A stretch of DNA of 64,000 bases from an uncultured Bacteroidales bacterium (lineage in GTDB: Bacteria; Bacteroidota; Bacteroidia; Bacteroidales; DASQZP01). The notes beneath the pieces were generated by a model, which did no database searches, was not told the origin of the DNA, and worked only from the letters and a program-made list of their open reading frames with translations. Within the stretch, counting starts at the first letter, position 1. Each line of letters starts with the position of its first letter. The stretch lies in contig CAWAMZ010000036.1 in NCBI GenBank assembly GCA_963783315.1, forward strand, positions 19,042 through 83,041. Reading direction: 5' to 3'. Positions 19,620 to 30,154 of the stretch are shown in pieces. Both the position numbers and the translations under genes were made by a program.

Positions 19620-20486
19620 ATGAAAAAACTAGCACGTAACTTTGTATTACTGTTAACCGGTTTATTACCGGTTCTTCCCGGGCATGCTCAGGACAAAACA
19701 TTCATTAATGATAAGGTCAGCTTGCTATGGGCAACCCCCAGGGACATGGACACTCCTGAGTCTGTTTTTTACGATAAACAGAAAGATGTGATTTATGTTG
19801 CCAACATTGGCGGACAGCCAACAGACAAAGATGGCAATGGTTTTATTTCAGTATTAAAACCCGATGGTACCATACAAAATCTCAAATGGGTTACCGGACT
19901 TAACGGCCCCAAAGGGATGGGCATCGTCAACGGACATCTTTACGTGAGTGATATAGACCAGGTAGCTGAGATCGATCTTTCCTCCGGAAAAATTATCAAA
20001 ACTTATCCGGCTGAAGGAGCAAAATTCTTGAACGACATCACCACGGCACCCAATGGGGATGTTTACATCTCAGATTCCCAGACAAATACTATTTACCGCA
20101 TTTCAAAAGGGGCCATCTCAATTTTCCTTCAGGGCGATCAGCTTAAAGGAATTAACGGGCTCTTTTTCCAGGATGGAAATTTGCTTGCCGGCCTGGCTAA
20201 CTCCATTGTGAAAATTGATCCGTCAACCACTGAAACAGAAACTTATGTGGAGGATACCGGAGGTATTGACGGCCTGATGGCAGCGGGTAAGGGATATTAC
20301 ATCATTTCAGACTGGAGCGGACATATACATCTTGTTGCTCCCGGCAAAAAACAAATCCTGGTTATGGATACCACACCGGATAAGATTAATGCCGCTGATA
20401 TTTTTTATGTACCGGAAAAGAAACTTTTGCTTGTACCAACCTTTTACGATAACAGGATTATGGCTTATAAAGTAGATATTTTGTAA
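19620..20486 (+). CDS. secreted beta-propeller protein (SMP-30/gluconolactonase/LRE-like or NHL-like fold)
   Basis: The ATG at 19620 gives the signal peptide MKKLARNFVLLLTGLLPVLPGHAQ. The rest shows repeated short beta-strand/Gly-Asp patterns (GPKGM, NGDVYISD, GIDGL). Family assignment is approximate. Confidence 0.5.
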   Translation: MKKLARNFVLLLTGLLPVLPGHAQDKTFINDKVSLLWATPRDMDTPESVFYDKQKDVIYVANIGGQPTDKDGNGFISVLKPDGTIQNLKWVTGLNGPKGMGIVNGHLYVSDIDQVAEIDLSSGKIIKTYPAEGAKFLNDITTAPNGDVYISDSQTNTIYRISKGAISIFLQGDQLKGINGLFFQDGNLLAGLANSIVKIDPSTTETETYVEDTGGIDGLMAAGKGYYIISDWSGHIHLVAPGKKQILVMDTTPDKINAADIFYVPEKKLLLVPTFYDNRIMAYKVDIL

Positions 20487-20504
20487 GTTTTAATAAAATA
20501 ATTT

Positions 20505-20553
20505 ATAAAAAAGTCAGGGCTGTATTCCACGCAAGTACAGCCCTGATTTATTT
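20505..20553. terminator. bidirectional intrinsic terminator between convergent genes
   Basis: Perfect 11-bp stem, TCAGGGCTGTA (20513-20523) with TACAGCCCTGA (20535-20545). Flanked by an A-run upstream and TTTATTTA downstream. Confidence 0.7.
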
Positions 20554-20592
20554 AACATCGGGAATTAGTTATAAACCCGGTATTTTTTATAG

Positions 20593-21939
20593 TTATTTTA
20601 CTGGCAGATGCTGTTTTTTTATAAAATCATCCAGCACATCATTCAGATCCGGGCGTCCGATTTCCTGAAGATCATAGTAGACCCGTGTATTGGGTTTCTT
20701 TATCTTAATAATCCGGTTCAGGTCAATTGGGGTACCAATGATAACGGCATCGCAATCAGTGTTGTTAATTGTTTTTTCCAGGTCTTTTAACTGTTGCTCG
20801 CCATAACCCATAGCCGGCAGGAGACTTCCTATATTCGGATAGATGGTAAATGTTTCCTGTAGTTTGCCTGCAAGATAGGGCCGGGGGTCAACCATCTCCG
20901 CTGCGCCAAATTTTCTGGCTGCTATGACGCCTGCACCAAGTTTCATTTCACCGTGCGTTAGTGTAGGTCCGTCTTCAACCACCAGTACTTTTTTACCTCT
21001 GATAATTTCCGGATTATCCACCTTTATCGGAGAAGCAGCATCAATAACAATGGCACCAGGATTTACTTTTTCGATGTTATCGCGCACCAGCTGAACAGCT
21101 TCCGGTCCGGCGGTATCCATTTTATTGATAATTACCGCATCAGCCATGCGGAGGGTTACCTCACCAGGATAATAGGAAATTTCATGTCCGGCACGATGCG
21201 GATCCACAACTGTTATCATCAGGTCGGGTTTGTAGAACGGAAAATCATTGTTTCCGCCATCCCACAAAATTATATCACAGCCGGCAGGATCATTTTCAGC
21301 TGCCAGCAGTATGGCTTCATAATCAACACCAGCATAAATTACATTACCTCTGTCAATATGCGGTTCATATTCTTCCATCTCCTCAACGGTACATTTGTGT
21401 TTTTTCAGGTCACCAATTTCAGCGTACCGTTGTACTTTTTGTTCGACAAGATCTCCGTAAGGCATAGGATGCCTTATAGCAACAACCTTTAATCCCTTTG
21501 CCATCAGCAGCTCGATAACCCTTCGTGAAGTCTGGCTTTTACCACATCCGGTACGAACTGCTCCAATCGCAATTACCGGTTTTGTACTCCGAATCAGGGT
21601 ATCTTTGGTTCCAAGCAGGACAAAATTTGCACCAGCTGCATTTACAATGGCACTCTTTTCCATAACCTTGTTATAGGGCAGATCGCTGTATGAAAAAATA
21701 CACTCATGAACGTCATGTTCTTTGATCAGTGCCGGCAAATCACTCTCTGCATAAATGGGAATGCCATCCGGATACAGATCTCCGGAAAGGGCAGCAGGAT
21801 ATTTTCTGCCGTCAATATCTGGTATTTGTGCTGCTGTAAAGGCAACAACGTTGTAGTTGGTATTTCCGCGGAAGTAGGTGTTGAAATTATGAAAATCCCT
21901 TCCGGCAGCTCCAATGATGATAACATTTCTTTTGTTCAT
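20593..21939 (-). CDS. COG2403-type P-loop GTPase / cyclic 2,3-diphosphoglycerate synthetase-like protein
   Basis: 448 aa. Walker A-like GAVRTGCGKSQTS. The N-terminus NVIIIGAAGRDFHNFN is typical of this family as I recall it. Confidence 0.5.
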   Translation of the reverse strand: MNKRNVIIIGAAGRDFHNFNTYFRGNTNYNVVAFTAAQIPDIDGRKYPAALSGDLYPDGIPIYAESDLPALIKEHDVHECIFSYSDLPYNKVMEKSAIVNAAGANFVLLGTKDTLIRSTKPVIAIGAVRTGCGKSQTSRRVIELLMAKGLKVVAIRHPMPYGDLVEQKVQRYAEIGDLKKHKCTVEEMEEYEPHIDRGNVIYAGVDYEAILLAAENDPAGCDIILWDGGNNDFPFYKPDLMITVVDPHRAGHEISYYPGEVTLRMADAVIINKMDTAGPEAVQLVRDNIEKVNPGAIVIDAASPIKVDNPEIIRGKKVLVVEDGPTLTHGEMKLGAGVIAARKFGAAEMVDPRPYLAGKLQETFTIYPNIGSLLPAMGYGEQQLKDLEKTINNTDCDAVIIGTPIDLNRIIKIKKPNTRVYYDLQEIGRPDLNDVLDDFIKKQHLPVK

Positions 21940-22249
21940 AACAGTACCGTATTAGTATGAATTATGCAAATAAGATATATAAAATATTTTGAATACTGAT
22001 TATTTTTTTCACTGGTTAAGAAGCATATAGGATAAAAAGAATCTCGGTTTTATGCGTAATCAGCAGCCCGACAATGAATTATGATCGTATTGAATGCTAA
22101 TGGGAATTTATATGTTTAAAAATATCAATTATTTACCTGTAAATCATTACCTTTAACAGGTAATTTGGGCATGTTATGTATTCTGCCTATTATTGGATTG
22201 ATAATTTCGGTTCTGACATTTTAAACCTTATAAAAAACCTAAAGCTTAG

Positions 22250-22846
22250 ATGAACTTTTTAGCGCATTTTTATTTATCGGGCGATTCAGATGATATAAAA
22301 ATTGGAAATTTTATTGGTGATTATGTAAAAGGGAATAGTTATCAGGACTATCCTGAAAGTATCAGAAAGGGTATTTTGTTGCATCGTAAAATTGACAGTT
22401 ATACAGATACACATCCGGTGGTTCGGAAGAGTAAGTTTCTGTTCGCACTGAAATACCGCAAGTATGCTGGTATTATTGTAGATATTTTATATGACCACTA
22501 CCTGTCGGTTGAATGGGACAAGTATTCGGAGGTACCGTTGAAGGAATATATAGACGAATTGTACCTGATGCTTGAAAAAAATTATGACAGACTGCCACCG
22601 CAGGTTCAGCGTTTTGTTTTTCGTTTCATCGGAGACGACTGGCTGGGTACTTATCAGAATTTGTCAGGAATTGAAAATGTATTGCATCGTATGAGCAAAA
22701 GAACATCACTTCCTGAAGAAACCAGTTTCGCTTTGGAGGTTATTAATTCCCATTACGCACAACTGATGGATCATTTCAACCAGTTCTTTGTGGAGCTTGT
22801 CAACTATGTAAGTGAAAAATACCTGATTAGTTTTCCGGTGAGATAG
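22250..22846 (+). CDS. acpH: acyl carrier protein phosphodiesterase (AcpH family)
   Basis: 198 aa. MNFLAHFYLSG...GNFIGDYVKG...LHRKIDSYTD is collinear with E. coli AcpH. Confidence 0.75.
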   Translation: MNFLAHFYLSGDSDDIKIGNFIGDYVKGNSYQDYPESIRKGILLHRKIDSYTDTHPVVRKSKFLFALKYRKYAGIIVDILYDHYLSVEWDKYSEVPLKEYIDELYLMLEKNYDRLPPQVQRFVFRFIGDDWLGTYQNLSGIENVLHRMSKRTSLPEETSFALEVINSHYAQLMDHFNQFFVELVNYVSEKYLISFPVR

Positions 22847-22913
22847 TGCTGCTTAACCGATGAAAAGTTTAAATTTCCACCAGGGATTAAAGGCTGGTGG
22901 AAATTGCTGTTTT

Positions 22914-24278
22914 TCAGGAGCACATTGATAGAGAAGCTTCGTTTTCCCTGCCGTTCAAGCTGTATTTATTCTTATTTACAGCCAGGATTTTATTAAATTC
23001 CCTGGTATAGAAAAATTCTTCTTCTCCCAAGGCTGGTTCAAGATCGTTAAGCCACAATGCTTTCTCATCGTATTTGGCAAAGAATGGTTTGCCGACCCAT
23101 TCCGGACGTCGAGCCTGAATGAAATTGAGAACTATAATCTTTTCCTGTTGAACTTCCGAAACACCGACAATACGCACTTTACCGGGGTTGGCAGACATGC
23201 TTGGGCCGCGAACCGTCCGGCAAATACCGCTGACACTGGAAAAGGCTTCTCTGTATATAGCTGCTGTTTTTACCAGGGGAACTGAGAAATATTCCTGTGC
23301 CCCGGTTTCCCGTGCAACAAACATATAATAGGGCACCAGACCGAGAGCAACCTGCTTTTGCCACATCTTTGACCAGATGGCAGGATCAGCATTTATATGG
23401 TTCAGCACAGGAGACTGTGTTCTGATCTGGGCTCCGGTTGCCCTGATGCGCTTAATGGCTTTTTTGACGGCTGCAGTTGATAATTCAACCGGATGGCTGA
23501 AATGAGCCATAATAGCAAGATGTCTGCCGGATTTTACTACTTTTTCAAATACCCGCAATACATCATCCGCATCTTTGTCGGTAATATATCTGTAGGGCCA
23601 GAAAGACAGGGATTTAGTTCCGATCCTGATATTTTTAAGTTGAGGAAGATCGGCCTTAAGAAGTGTACTGATATAGGCATCCAAAAATTTTGCACTCATG
23701 ATCATCGGATCCCCGCCGGTAAACAAAATGTCAGTTACAGATGGATGTTTTTTCAGATATTCTACCAGCAAATCAGCTTCCTTCATTGCAAATTTAAAAT
23801 TATCCATTCCGCTGAACTGAGGCCACCGGAAACAAAATGTACAATACGCATGGCAGGTCTGGCCCTGGCTGGGAAAAAACAATACCGTTTCTCTGTATTT
23901 GTGCTGGATTCCGGGAAGTTTTTGACCGTTTAATTCTGGAACATTCAGTTCTAACTGTCCGGCCGGGTGAGGGTTTAGTTCAATTCTTATCTGATCGGCT
24001 TTTTCCCTGATGAGTTTCTTATTCCTGGTGGTATTGAGAACAGTTGCCATCTGTTCATAATGGAGGGGCTTTAACATCTCGCGTTGGGGAAAATTGAGGA
24101 TAAACATGGGGTCAGTCTCATAATTATCCCAGTCAATTAACTCATTTACAACATAATTGTTGGTTTTAAAAGGCAGTACATTCCCAACTACTTCAATATC
24201 GAAGAGTTGTTCTTTACTCAGTTTTTGCAGAGCAGATAATTTCCTGTAATTATGAAGCGAATAAACTTTATAATTCAT
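22914..24278 (-). CDS. KamA-family radical SAM protein (lysine 2,3-aminomutase-like)
   Basis: 454 aa. Radical SAM cluster motif CHAYCTFCFRW, then FTGGDP. Confidence 0.75.
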   Translation of the reverse strand: MNYKVYSLHNYRKLSALQKLSKEQLFDIEVVGNVLPFKTNNYVVNELIDWDNYETDPMFILNFPQREMLKPLHYEQMATVLNTTRNKKLIREKADQIRIELNPHPAGQLELNVPELNGQKLPGIQHKYRETVLFFPSQGQTCHAYCTFCFRWPQFSGMDNFKFAMKEADLLVEYLKKHPSVTDILFTGGDPMIMSAKFLDAYISTLLKADLPQLKNIRIGTKSLSFWPYRYITDKDADDVLRVFEKVVKSGRHLAIMAHFSHPVELSTAAVKKAIKRIRATGAQIRTQSPVLNHINADPAIWSKMWQKQVALGLVPYYMFVARETGAQEYFSVPLVKTAAIYREAFSSVSGICRTVRGPSMSANPGKVRIVGVSEVQQEKIIVLNFIQARRPEWVGKPFFAKYDEKALWLNDLEPALGEEEFFYTREFNKILAVNKNKYSLNGRENEASLSMCS

Positions 24279-24463
24279 CTGATAATTCCTTATTTTAGGG
24301 TTAATGCTTTGTGTAGCATGGCGGAATATGAAGTAACATCCACCGGAAGTATTGCGAAATTACGAAAAATGCGGCAAAAAAGGAAATTCCCGGGCGGTGT
24401 TATGAAACATTCAGGCGGGTAAATATCAGTAAATGAGAATGATAAATATACCGTGCGGTAAAA

Positions 24464-25888
24464 TTATCTCAATAGCTCCATCCTGCTGGCGTCCAGTCTG
24501 AGCAGTACGAAAAGCAGAATCGTAAATGCCCACAGAGACGAACCTCCGTAACTGAAGAAAGGCAGAGGTATACCAATGACAGGGACCAGTCCGATTGTCA
24601 TTCCGATATTGATCGCTACGTGAAAAAAGATGATTGAAACTACTCCATACCCGTATATTCTGCTGAAGGAGGATCGCTGTCTTTCTGCAATTATCAAAAG
24701 CCTGATGAGTAGAATGGAGAAAAGTATCAGTACAGTAGTTGTTCCCAGGAACCCCCACTCTTCGCCAACGGTACAGAAAATGAAGTCGGTGCTTTGCTCG
24801 GGGACAAAATCAAATTTAGTCTGGGTTCCCTTAAGGAATCCTTTACCTGCAAGTCCTCCGGAGCCAATGGCTATTTTCGACTGGTTTACATTGTAGCCAA
24901 CACCCAGCGGGTCTGATTCCAGTCCGAGCATAATATTTATCCTTCGGCGCTGATGTTCTTTCAGCACATGATCAAATACATAATCCACTGAATTGGTAAA
25001 TGCCACGGCTCCACCCAGGAAGGCAAGCACTACCATCACGTTTTTTAATTTGTGTTTAAATGTCAGGTATAACAGGGGTATCACAGAGGCCAAAAGACCT
25101 GTCAGCAAAATCCGGGTATAGGTCCATTGCAGGCCAAACAATTTGCTGACAGCAAAAATCAATCCGGCAGATGCAGCAATAATCAAAGCACCCGCAAATA
25201 ATTGTTTAATGTTTTTGTTGATCAGGGCATAGGTGATCAGCGCCACACTGATAAGAATAACCAGAATGCTGAATGGTTCCATCATCAGTGTAATAAAAAA
25301 CAGTATGGCAACCAGTATACCCATAAAGAAGAAGCCGGGATGCATGCCTTCTCTGTATAGTACTAAGAAAAATGAAGCATAAACCAATGCTGAGCCGGTA
25401 TCGGGTTGCAGAAAGATAAGAAAAGCGGGGAAAAAAATGATAAAAGCAACAATTGCGAGGTTTTTGAAATTTTTGATGCTGATGTTATAGCCACTCATAA
25501 ACCGGGCAAGGGCAAGGGCGGTCGCTACTTTGGCAAATTCTGCCGGTTGTACCCTGAATCCACCCACAGCAAACCATGAACGGGCTCCGTTAATCTCTTT
25601 CCCTATAATCAGCACGCCTATCAACAATAATATTGTAAAACCGTAAATAAAGTAGGCAAAAAAGGAATAGAATTTTGTGTCTATAATAAAAATCAGGATT
25701 GCCATTACTAAAGCTGCAATGATCCAAATCGACTGCTTTCCGTATCGCTGGGTCATATCAAGAATACTGTGATGTTGCTCATTGTATACAGCCGCATAGA
25801 TATTGATCCATCCCAGAAATATAAGGAGGAGGTATAAAATAACAGTAAACCAGTCTGTGCTGGTCAGTATATTAATTCTTCTAGTCAT
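24464..25888 (-). CDS. rodA: rod shape-determining SEDS protein RodA
   Basis: 474 aa polytopic membrane protein with a PEQSTDFIF motif. Lies downstream of mrdA with an 8-nt overlap. Confidence 0.9.
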   Translation of the reverse strand: MTRRINILTSTDWFTVILYLLLIFLGWINIYAAVYNEQHHSILDMTQRYGKQSIWIIAALVMAILIFIIDTKFYSFFAYFIYGFTILLLIGVLIIGKEINGARSWFAVGGFRVQPAEFAKVATALALARFMSGYNISIKNFKNLAIVAFIIFFPAFLIFLQPDTGSALVYASFFLVLYREGMHPGFFFMGILVAILFFITLMMEPFSILVILISVALITYALINKNIKQLFAGALIIAASAGLIFAVSKLFGLQWTYTRILLTGLLASVIPLLYLTFKHKLKNVMVVLAFLGGAVAFTNSVDYVFDHVLKEHQRRRINIMLGLESDPLGVGYNVNQSKIAIGSGGLAGKGFLKGTQTKFDFVPEQSTDFIFCTVGEEWGFLGTTTVLILFSILLIRLLIIAERQRSSFSRIYGYGVVSIIFFHVAINIGMTIGLVPVIGIPLPFFSYGGSSLWAFTILLFVLLRLDASRMELLR

Positions 25889-27713
25889 GATTATGTATCA
25901 GATCTCCGTTCATTACTCGTTGTTCCAGCCATTTCCGTCTGCTGGAGATGTTGCCTTTCAGGTATTTTTCAATCATCAGGCTGGCTATCGGAGCCGCCCA
26001 GGTAGAACCAAAACCTGCATTTTCCACATATACTGCAATGGCTATTTTAGGATGTTCACGTGGTGCAAAGGCTATAAAAATAGAATGATCTTTTCCGTGA
26101 GGATTCTGGGCTGTACCGGTTTTACCGCAAACAGCAATGCTGTCGATTGCGGCTATACGGGCTGTACTGCCCTCCCCTCCGTTTACCACAAGGTACATAC
26201 CTTCAATTACTTCTTCAAAATTCGCCGAATCTATATTTGTATAATGTCTTTTGGTAAACCGGCTGTCAATAGAAGCCTGTCCCTCAATGCTGTGTGCGAT
26301 ATGAGGGGTATAATAGTATCCGCGATTGGCAACAGTGGAAACCATATTGGCCATTTGAAGGGGAGTGATTCCTAATTCTCCCTGGCCAATTGCCAAAGAG
26401 ATAATAGTTAATGATTTCCAGCCATTCTTACCATAATAACGGTTATAATAATCAGATTTTGGAACAAATCCGTCCAGTTCACTGGACAGGTCAGTGTTTA
26501 GTTTTTCACCAAAGCCAAAAGAAGTCACATAATCCCTCCAGGCATTATAGGCTTTTTCCGTGCTGCTATAAGCTGGATTATCAATAATGCGTCTGAAAAC
26601 ATTACAGTAATAGGCGTTGCACGAATTCTGAATGGACTGGGGAAGGTTCAGGGGAGATTTATGCCCGTGGCAGCCAACATGTATACCACCTGCTGAATAG
26701 CCATAATGACAGGAAAATTCTGTGTTATGATTAATTACTCCTTCCTGGAGGCCTATCATTGCATTAATTACTTTAAAGGTAGATCCGGGAGGGTATTTAG
26801 CCATTACAGCCCTGTTAAACAAAGGTTTAAGAGTGTCTAATAATAATTTCCGGTAATTCTCGGTTCTAACACGGCCAATCAACAATGAAGGGTCATAGGA
26901 GGGAGAAGAGACCAGTGACAGGATTTCTCCTGTTTCAGGTTCGATAGCCACAATACTACCCATTTTGTTTTGCATCAGTTTTTCACCGTATTCCTGTAAT
27001 CCGACATCCAGTGAGGTAACCAGATTGGATCCGAAAATCGCAGCCGTATCATATTTGCCGTTATCAAAAGATCCCTTGATGCGGTTATGTACATCCACCA
27101 GGTATATATTAACGCCTTTTTTCCCGCGCAGGGCTTTTTCATAGGATTTTTCAATCCCGCTGGTGCCAATATAATCACCCATCTGATAATAGGGTTCCTG
27201 TTTGATAATGTTATTATCAACTTCACCTACATATCCCAGCAAATGGGCGGCACTTTTATTCGCATATTTTCTGAGTGTCCGGGGTTGTACGAAAAAGCCG
27301 GGATACTTATATAACTGTTCCTGCAAAACAGCGTATGTTTTGGAAGATAATTGTTTGAGAATTACAGAGGGCTTGTATCGGGAATATATTTTGGCGTTTT
27401 TCAGATTTGTCAGAAGCGTTTCTTTTGTAATATTGACCAGCTGACATAATGAAGCAGTATCAAACGCTGTTAACTGCATGGGATTAACCATCAGATCGTA
27501 TGCTGCTTCGTTATAAACCAGTAATTTTCCGTTCCTGTCATAAATAAGTCCGCGTGCCGGGTATTGGGTAACATACCGCTGGGAATTATTGTCGGCTGAA
27601 AACTTGTACGAAGAATCCATTACCTGAATAAAAAACAAGCGGCCAATAAATATTAATACTGCCAATATGATCAGGGTTCCAATTACAAATTTGCGAACCT
27701 CAAGGGAATCCAT
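25881..27713 (-). CDS. mrdA: penicillin-binding protein 2 (elongasome transpeptidase)
   Basis: 610 aa. Transpeptidase motifs STFK (PGSTFKV), SCN and KTGT. Confidence 0.92.
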   Translation of the reverse strand: MDSLEVRKFVIGTLIILAVLIFIGRLFFIQVMDSSYKFSADNNSQRYVTQYPARGLIYDRNGKLLVYNEAAYDLMVNPMQLTAFDTASLCQLVNITKETLLTNLKNAKIYSRYKPSVILKQLSSKTYAVLQEQLYKYPGFFVQPRTLRKYANKSAAHLLGYVGEVDNNIIKQEPYYQMGDYIGTSGIEKSYEKALRGKKGVNIYLVDVHNRIKGSFDNGKYDTAAIFGSNLVTSLDVGLQEYGEKLMQNKMGSIVAIEPETGEILSLVSSPSYDPSLLIGRVRTENYRKLLLDTLKPLFNRAVMAKYPPGSTFKVINAMIGLQEGVINHNTEFSCHYGYSAGGIHVGCHGHKSPLNLPQSIQNSCNAYYCNVFRRIIDNPAYSSTEKAYNAWRDYVTSFGFGEKLNTDLSSELDGFVPKSDYYNRYYGKNGWKSLTIISLAIGQGELGITPLQMANMVSTVANRGYYYTPHIAHSIEGQASIDSRFTKRHYTNIDSANFEEVIEGMYLVVNGGEGSTARIAAIDSIAVCGKTGTAQNPHGKDHSIFIAFAPREHPKIAIAVYVENAGFGSTWAAPIASLMIEKYLKGNISSRRKWLEQRVMNGDLIHNHD

Positions 27714-27716
27714 AAT

Positions 27717-28223
27717 TTAATCCTTATAAAAAAATATTTGACTAAAAAGAATAAGTAAAACGGTGAAGAGGGTACTTAATATTGCCCTGATCAGCGTAAG
27801 AAAAAAATCGTCAAATTTGAAGATTTCCAGGTAAAATAAAACCAGATGGTGAAGGAATACCAGTATTACTGAGTACTTAAGGAACCATTCAAATCCGTAT
27901 GAATATAAACGCGGATATGTACCGGTTTCGTATCCGTCTCTCGGAGAAATGAGATTTAAAACATAGGGCCTGAGAAAAGCTATAAATACTGTAGATGCTG
28001 TATGCATTCCCAGGGTTCCGGTAAACAGATCAATTGACAATCCCAGCAGGAAACCAGAGACAAGCAATAACCATCCGGGTGTTTCGAAGGGCATGAGCAA
28101 AATGAACAGCACATATAAATACGGATTGATATATCCGCTGAATTGGATATTGTTCAATACCAGAACCTGCAATAACACCAGGAAAATAAACCTGAAGGCA
28201 TTTTTTAATACTAATTTAATCAT
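27717..28223 (-). CDS. mreD: rod shape-determining protein MreD
   Basis: 168 aa hydrophobic protein between mreC and mrdA. Confidence 0.8.
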   Translation of the reverse strand: MIKLVLKNAFRFIFLVLLQVLVLNNIQFSGYINPYLYVLFILLMPFETPGWLLLVSGFLLGLSIDLFTGTLGMHTASTVFIAFLRPYVLNLISPRDGYETGTYPRLYSYGFEWFLKYSVILVFLHHLVLFYLEIFKFDDFFLTLIRAILSTLFTVLLILFSQIFFYKD

Positions 28224-29046
28224 TGCCTGTTTGTTCCTCTAGTTTTTGTTGCTCTTCACGCATCAGATTTTTTACTACATGTACATACGAAAGATTTTTA
28301 AAATCGTTTGCCAGTTCTACCCTGATAGTATAAAAATTTCCGCCTTTAACCTTAAAATCTGTTACAAATCCAATGATAATACCAGCAGGAAAGATGGAAG
28401 AATATCCACTGGTGACAATCGTATCACCAATATTGATTTTCACATGATGCGGTATTTGATTCAGATTTACGGTTCTGTAATCCCTGCCTTCCCATTCCAG
28501 GCTTCCGTAATAATCATTTTTCTTGAACTTGGCACTTATCTTCAGGTTTCTGTTCAGAAGCGAGATTACCGTTGCAAAATGGGGCGATACTGCCTTGACA
28601 ACGCCGATTACACCATTTGGCGCGATTACGCCCATATCCGGTTCAATTCCCTGAAGGCTTCCTTTATTCAGCGTAATGTAATTATACTGTTTATTGGTTG
28701 AATTATTAATAACCTTTGCCGGGGTATAGTAATAAACCTCATCATAAAGCGAATCAGACTCAAAGTGGAAGTTTGATTTTCGCGATGTCCAGGAAGACTG
28801 AAGCTGGTTTCGCAATCTTGCATTTTCCTCAATCAGTTCCTGGTTAACATCATAAAGCCTGGTGTATTCTTTGGCCTGATGAGCCCGCTGGAAGAAATAT
28901 CCTGAAATGTTTCGCGTAAAATTCATTACCTGCGATCTTTGAAAACTATTCTTTTGCACCAGCAGGTAAATCGAAAAGGATTCAATTATCACAAATAATA
29001 TAAAAAAATGATGACGTAAGATAAAACGTAACAGATTATTCCTCAT
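28216..29046 (-). CDS. mreC: rod shape-determining protein MreC
   Basis: 276 aa. N-terminal anchor, coiled coil and beta-rich C-terminal half. Lies directly after mreB. Confidence 0.85.
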   Translation of the reverse strand: MRNNLLRFILRHHFFILFVIIESFSIYLLVQKNSFQRSQVMNFTRNISGYFFQRAHQAKEYTRLYDVNQELIEENARLRNQLQSSWTSRKSNFHFESDSLYDEVYYYTPAKVINNSTNKQYNYITLNKGSLQGIEPDMGVIAPNGVIGVVKAVSPHFATVISLLNRNLKISAKFKKNDYYGSLEWEGRDYRTVNLNQIPHHVKINIGDTIVTSGYSSIFPAGIIIGFVTDFKVKGGNFYTIRVELANDFKNLSYVHVVKNLMREEQQKLEEQTGND

Positions 29047-29090
29047 TTCTCTTTATTTGTTGAATGGAATTCCCTTCGAAAATCAGGAGA

Positions 29091-30113
29091 TTACCTCATC
29101 AGGAATGAAAATTTATCAACATTCTTTAGTGCAATACCAGTGCCTCTGGCTACAGCATGCAATGGATCCTCGGCTACATGAAAAGGGATATTGATCTTGT
29201 CAGTAAGCCTCTTATCAAGTCCCCTCAGCAATGCACCGCCACCAGCCAGGTAGATTCCTCTGGACACAATGTCTGCATATAATTCAGGAGGTGTTTGTTC
29301 CAGTACTGCGAGTACAGCCGTTTCAATCTTGGATAAAGATTTATCAAGACAGTGGGCTATTTCCTGATAGGATATTGGGATTTCAATTGGCATGGCAGTC
29401 ATCAGATTCGGACCACGAACGCTGAAATCAGCCGGTGGTGTTTCCAGGTCGGGCAGGGCCGATCCCACATTTATCTTGATATCTTCAGCTGTACGTTCAC
29501 CTATTTTGATATTATGCTGATGTCTCATATATGCCTGAATGTCGGCAGTAAAACCATCACCAGCAATCCTGATCGACTGATTGCAGACAATACCGCCAAG
29601 GGCAATAACTGCTATCTCAGTTGTACCACCACCAATATCAACAACCATACTACCTTCCGGTGCTTCAACATCAATACCGATACCAATAGCAGCAGCCATC
29701 GGTTCATAGATCATGTAGACATCGCGGCCTCCCGCATGTTCAGAAGAGTCGCGTACGGCCCTCACTTCAACCTCAGTACTTCCCGAGGGAATACAAACAA
29801 CCATCCTGAGGGTGGGAGTGAACATCTTCTGGCGGGGATTGATCATCTTGATCATTCCCCTGATCATCTGTTCGGCTGCATTAAAATCAGCAATAACCCC
29901 GTCACGCAAAGGGCGAATGGTTTTTATGTTCATGTGTGTTTTGCCATGCATTTGCCTGGCCTGTTCACCAATGGCGATCAGTTTACCTGTTGTCTGATCT
30001 ATAGCAACTATCGAAGGTTCGTCTACTACAACTTTATCGTTATGGATGATTATCGTATTGGCTGTACCTAAATCAATTGCAATTTCCTGAGTTAAGAATG
30101 AAAACATTCCCAT
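29091..30113 (-). CDS. mreB: rod shape-determining actin homologue MreB
   Basis: 340 aa. DLGTANT and DIGGGTTE phosphate-binding motifs. Confidence 0.95.
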   Translation of the reverse strand: MGMFSFLTQEIAIDLGTANTIIIHNDKVVVDEPSIVAIDQTTGKLIAIGEQARQMHGKTHMNIKTIRPLRDGVIADFNAAEQMIRGMIKMINPRQKMFTPTLRMVVCIPSGSTEVEVRAVRDSSEHAGGRDVYMIYEPMAAAIGIGIDVEAPEGSMVVDIGGGTTEIAVIALGGIVCNQSIRIAGDGFTADIQAYMRHQHNIKIGERTAEDIKINVGSALPDLETPPADFSVRGPNLMTAMPIEIPISYQEIAHCLDKSLSKIETAVLAVLEQTPPELYADIVSRGIYLAGGGALLRGLDKRLTDKINIPFHVAEDPLHAVARGTGIALKNVDKFSFLMR

Positions 30114-30154
30114 ATGGCAGCTTAATTATAAATTGTTGTTATGTTAAATTATTA

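Noticed and set aside
29352-30071. 239-aa ORF on the plus strand opposite mreB. Similar long antisense ORFs lie at 25803-26375, 12874-13365, 53335-53844, 38323-38742, 63253-63672 and 30504-30953.
   Set aside because: Each lies entirely inside a well-supported conserved gene on the other strand. They have low-complexity or odd composition and no recognisable motifs, so they are typical shadow ORFs.
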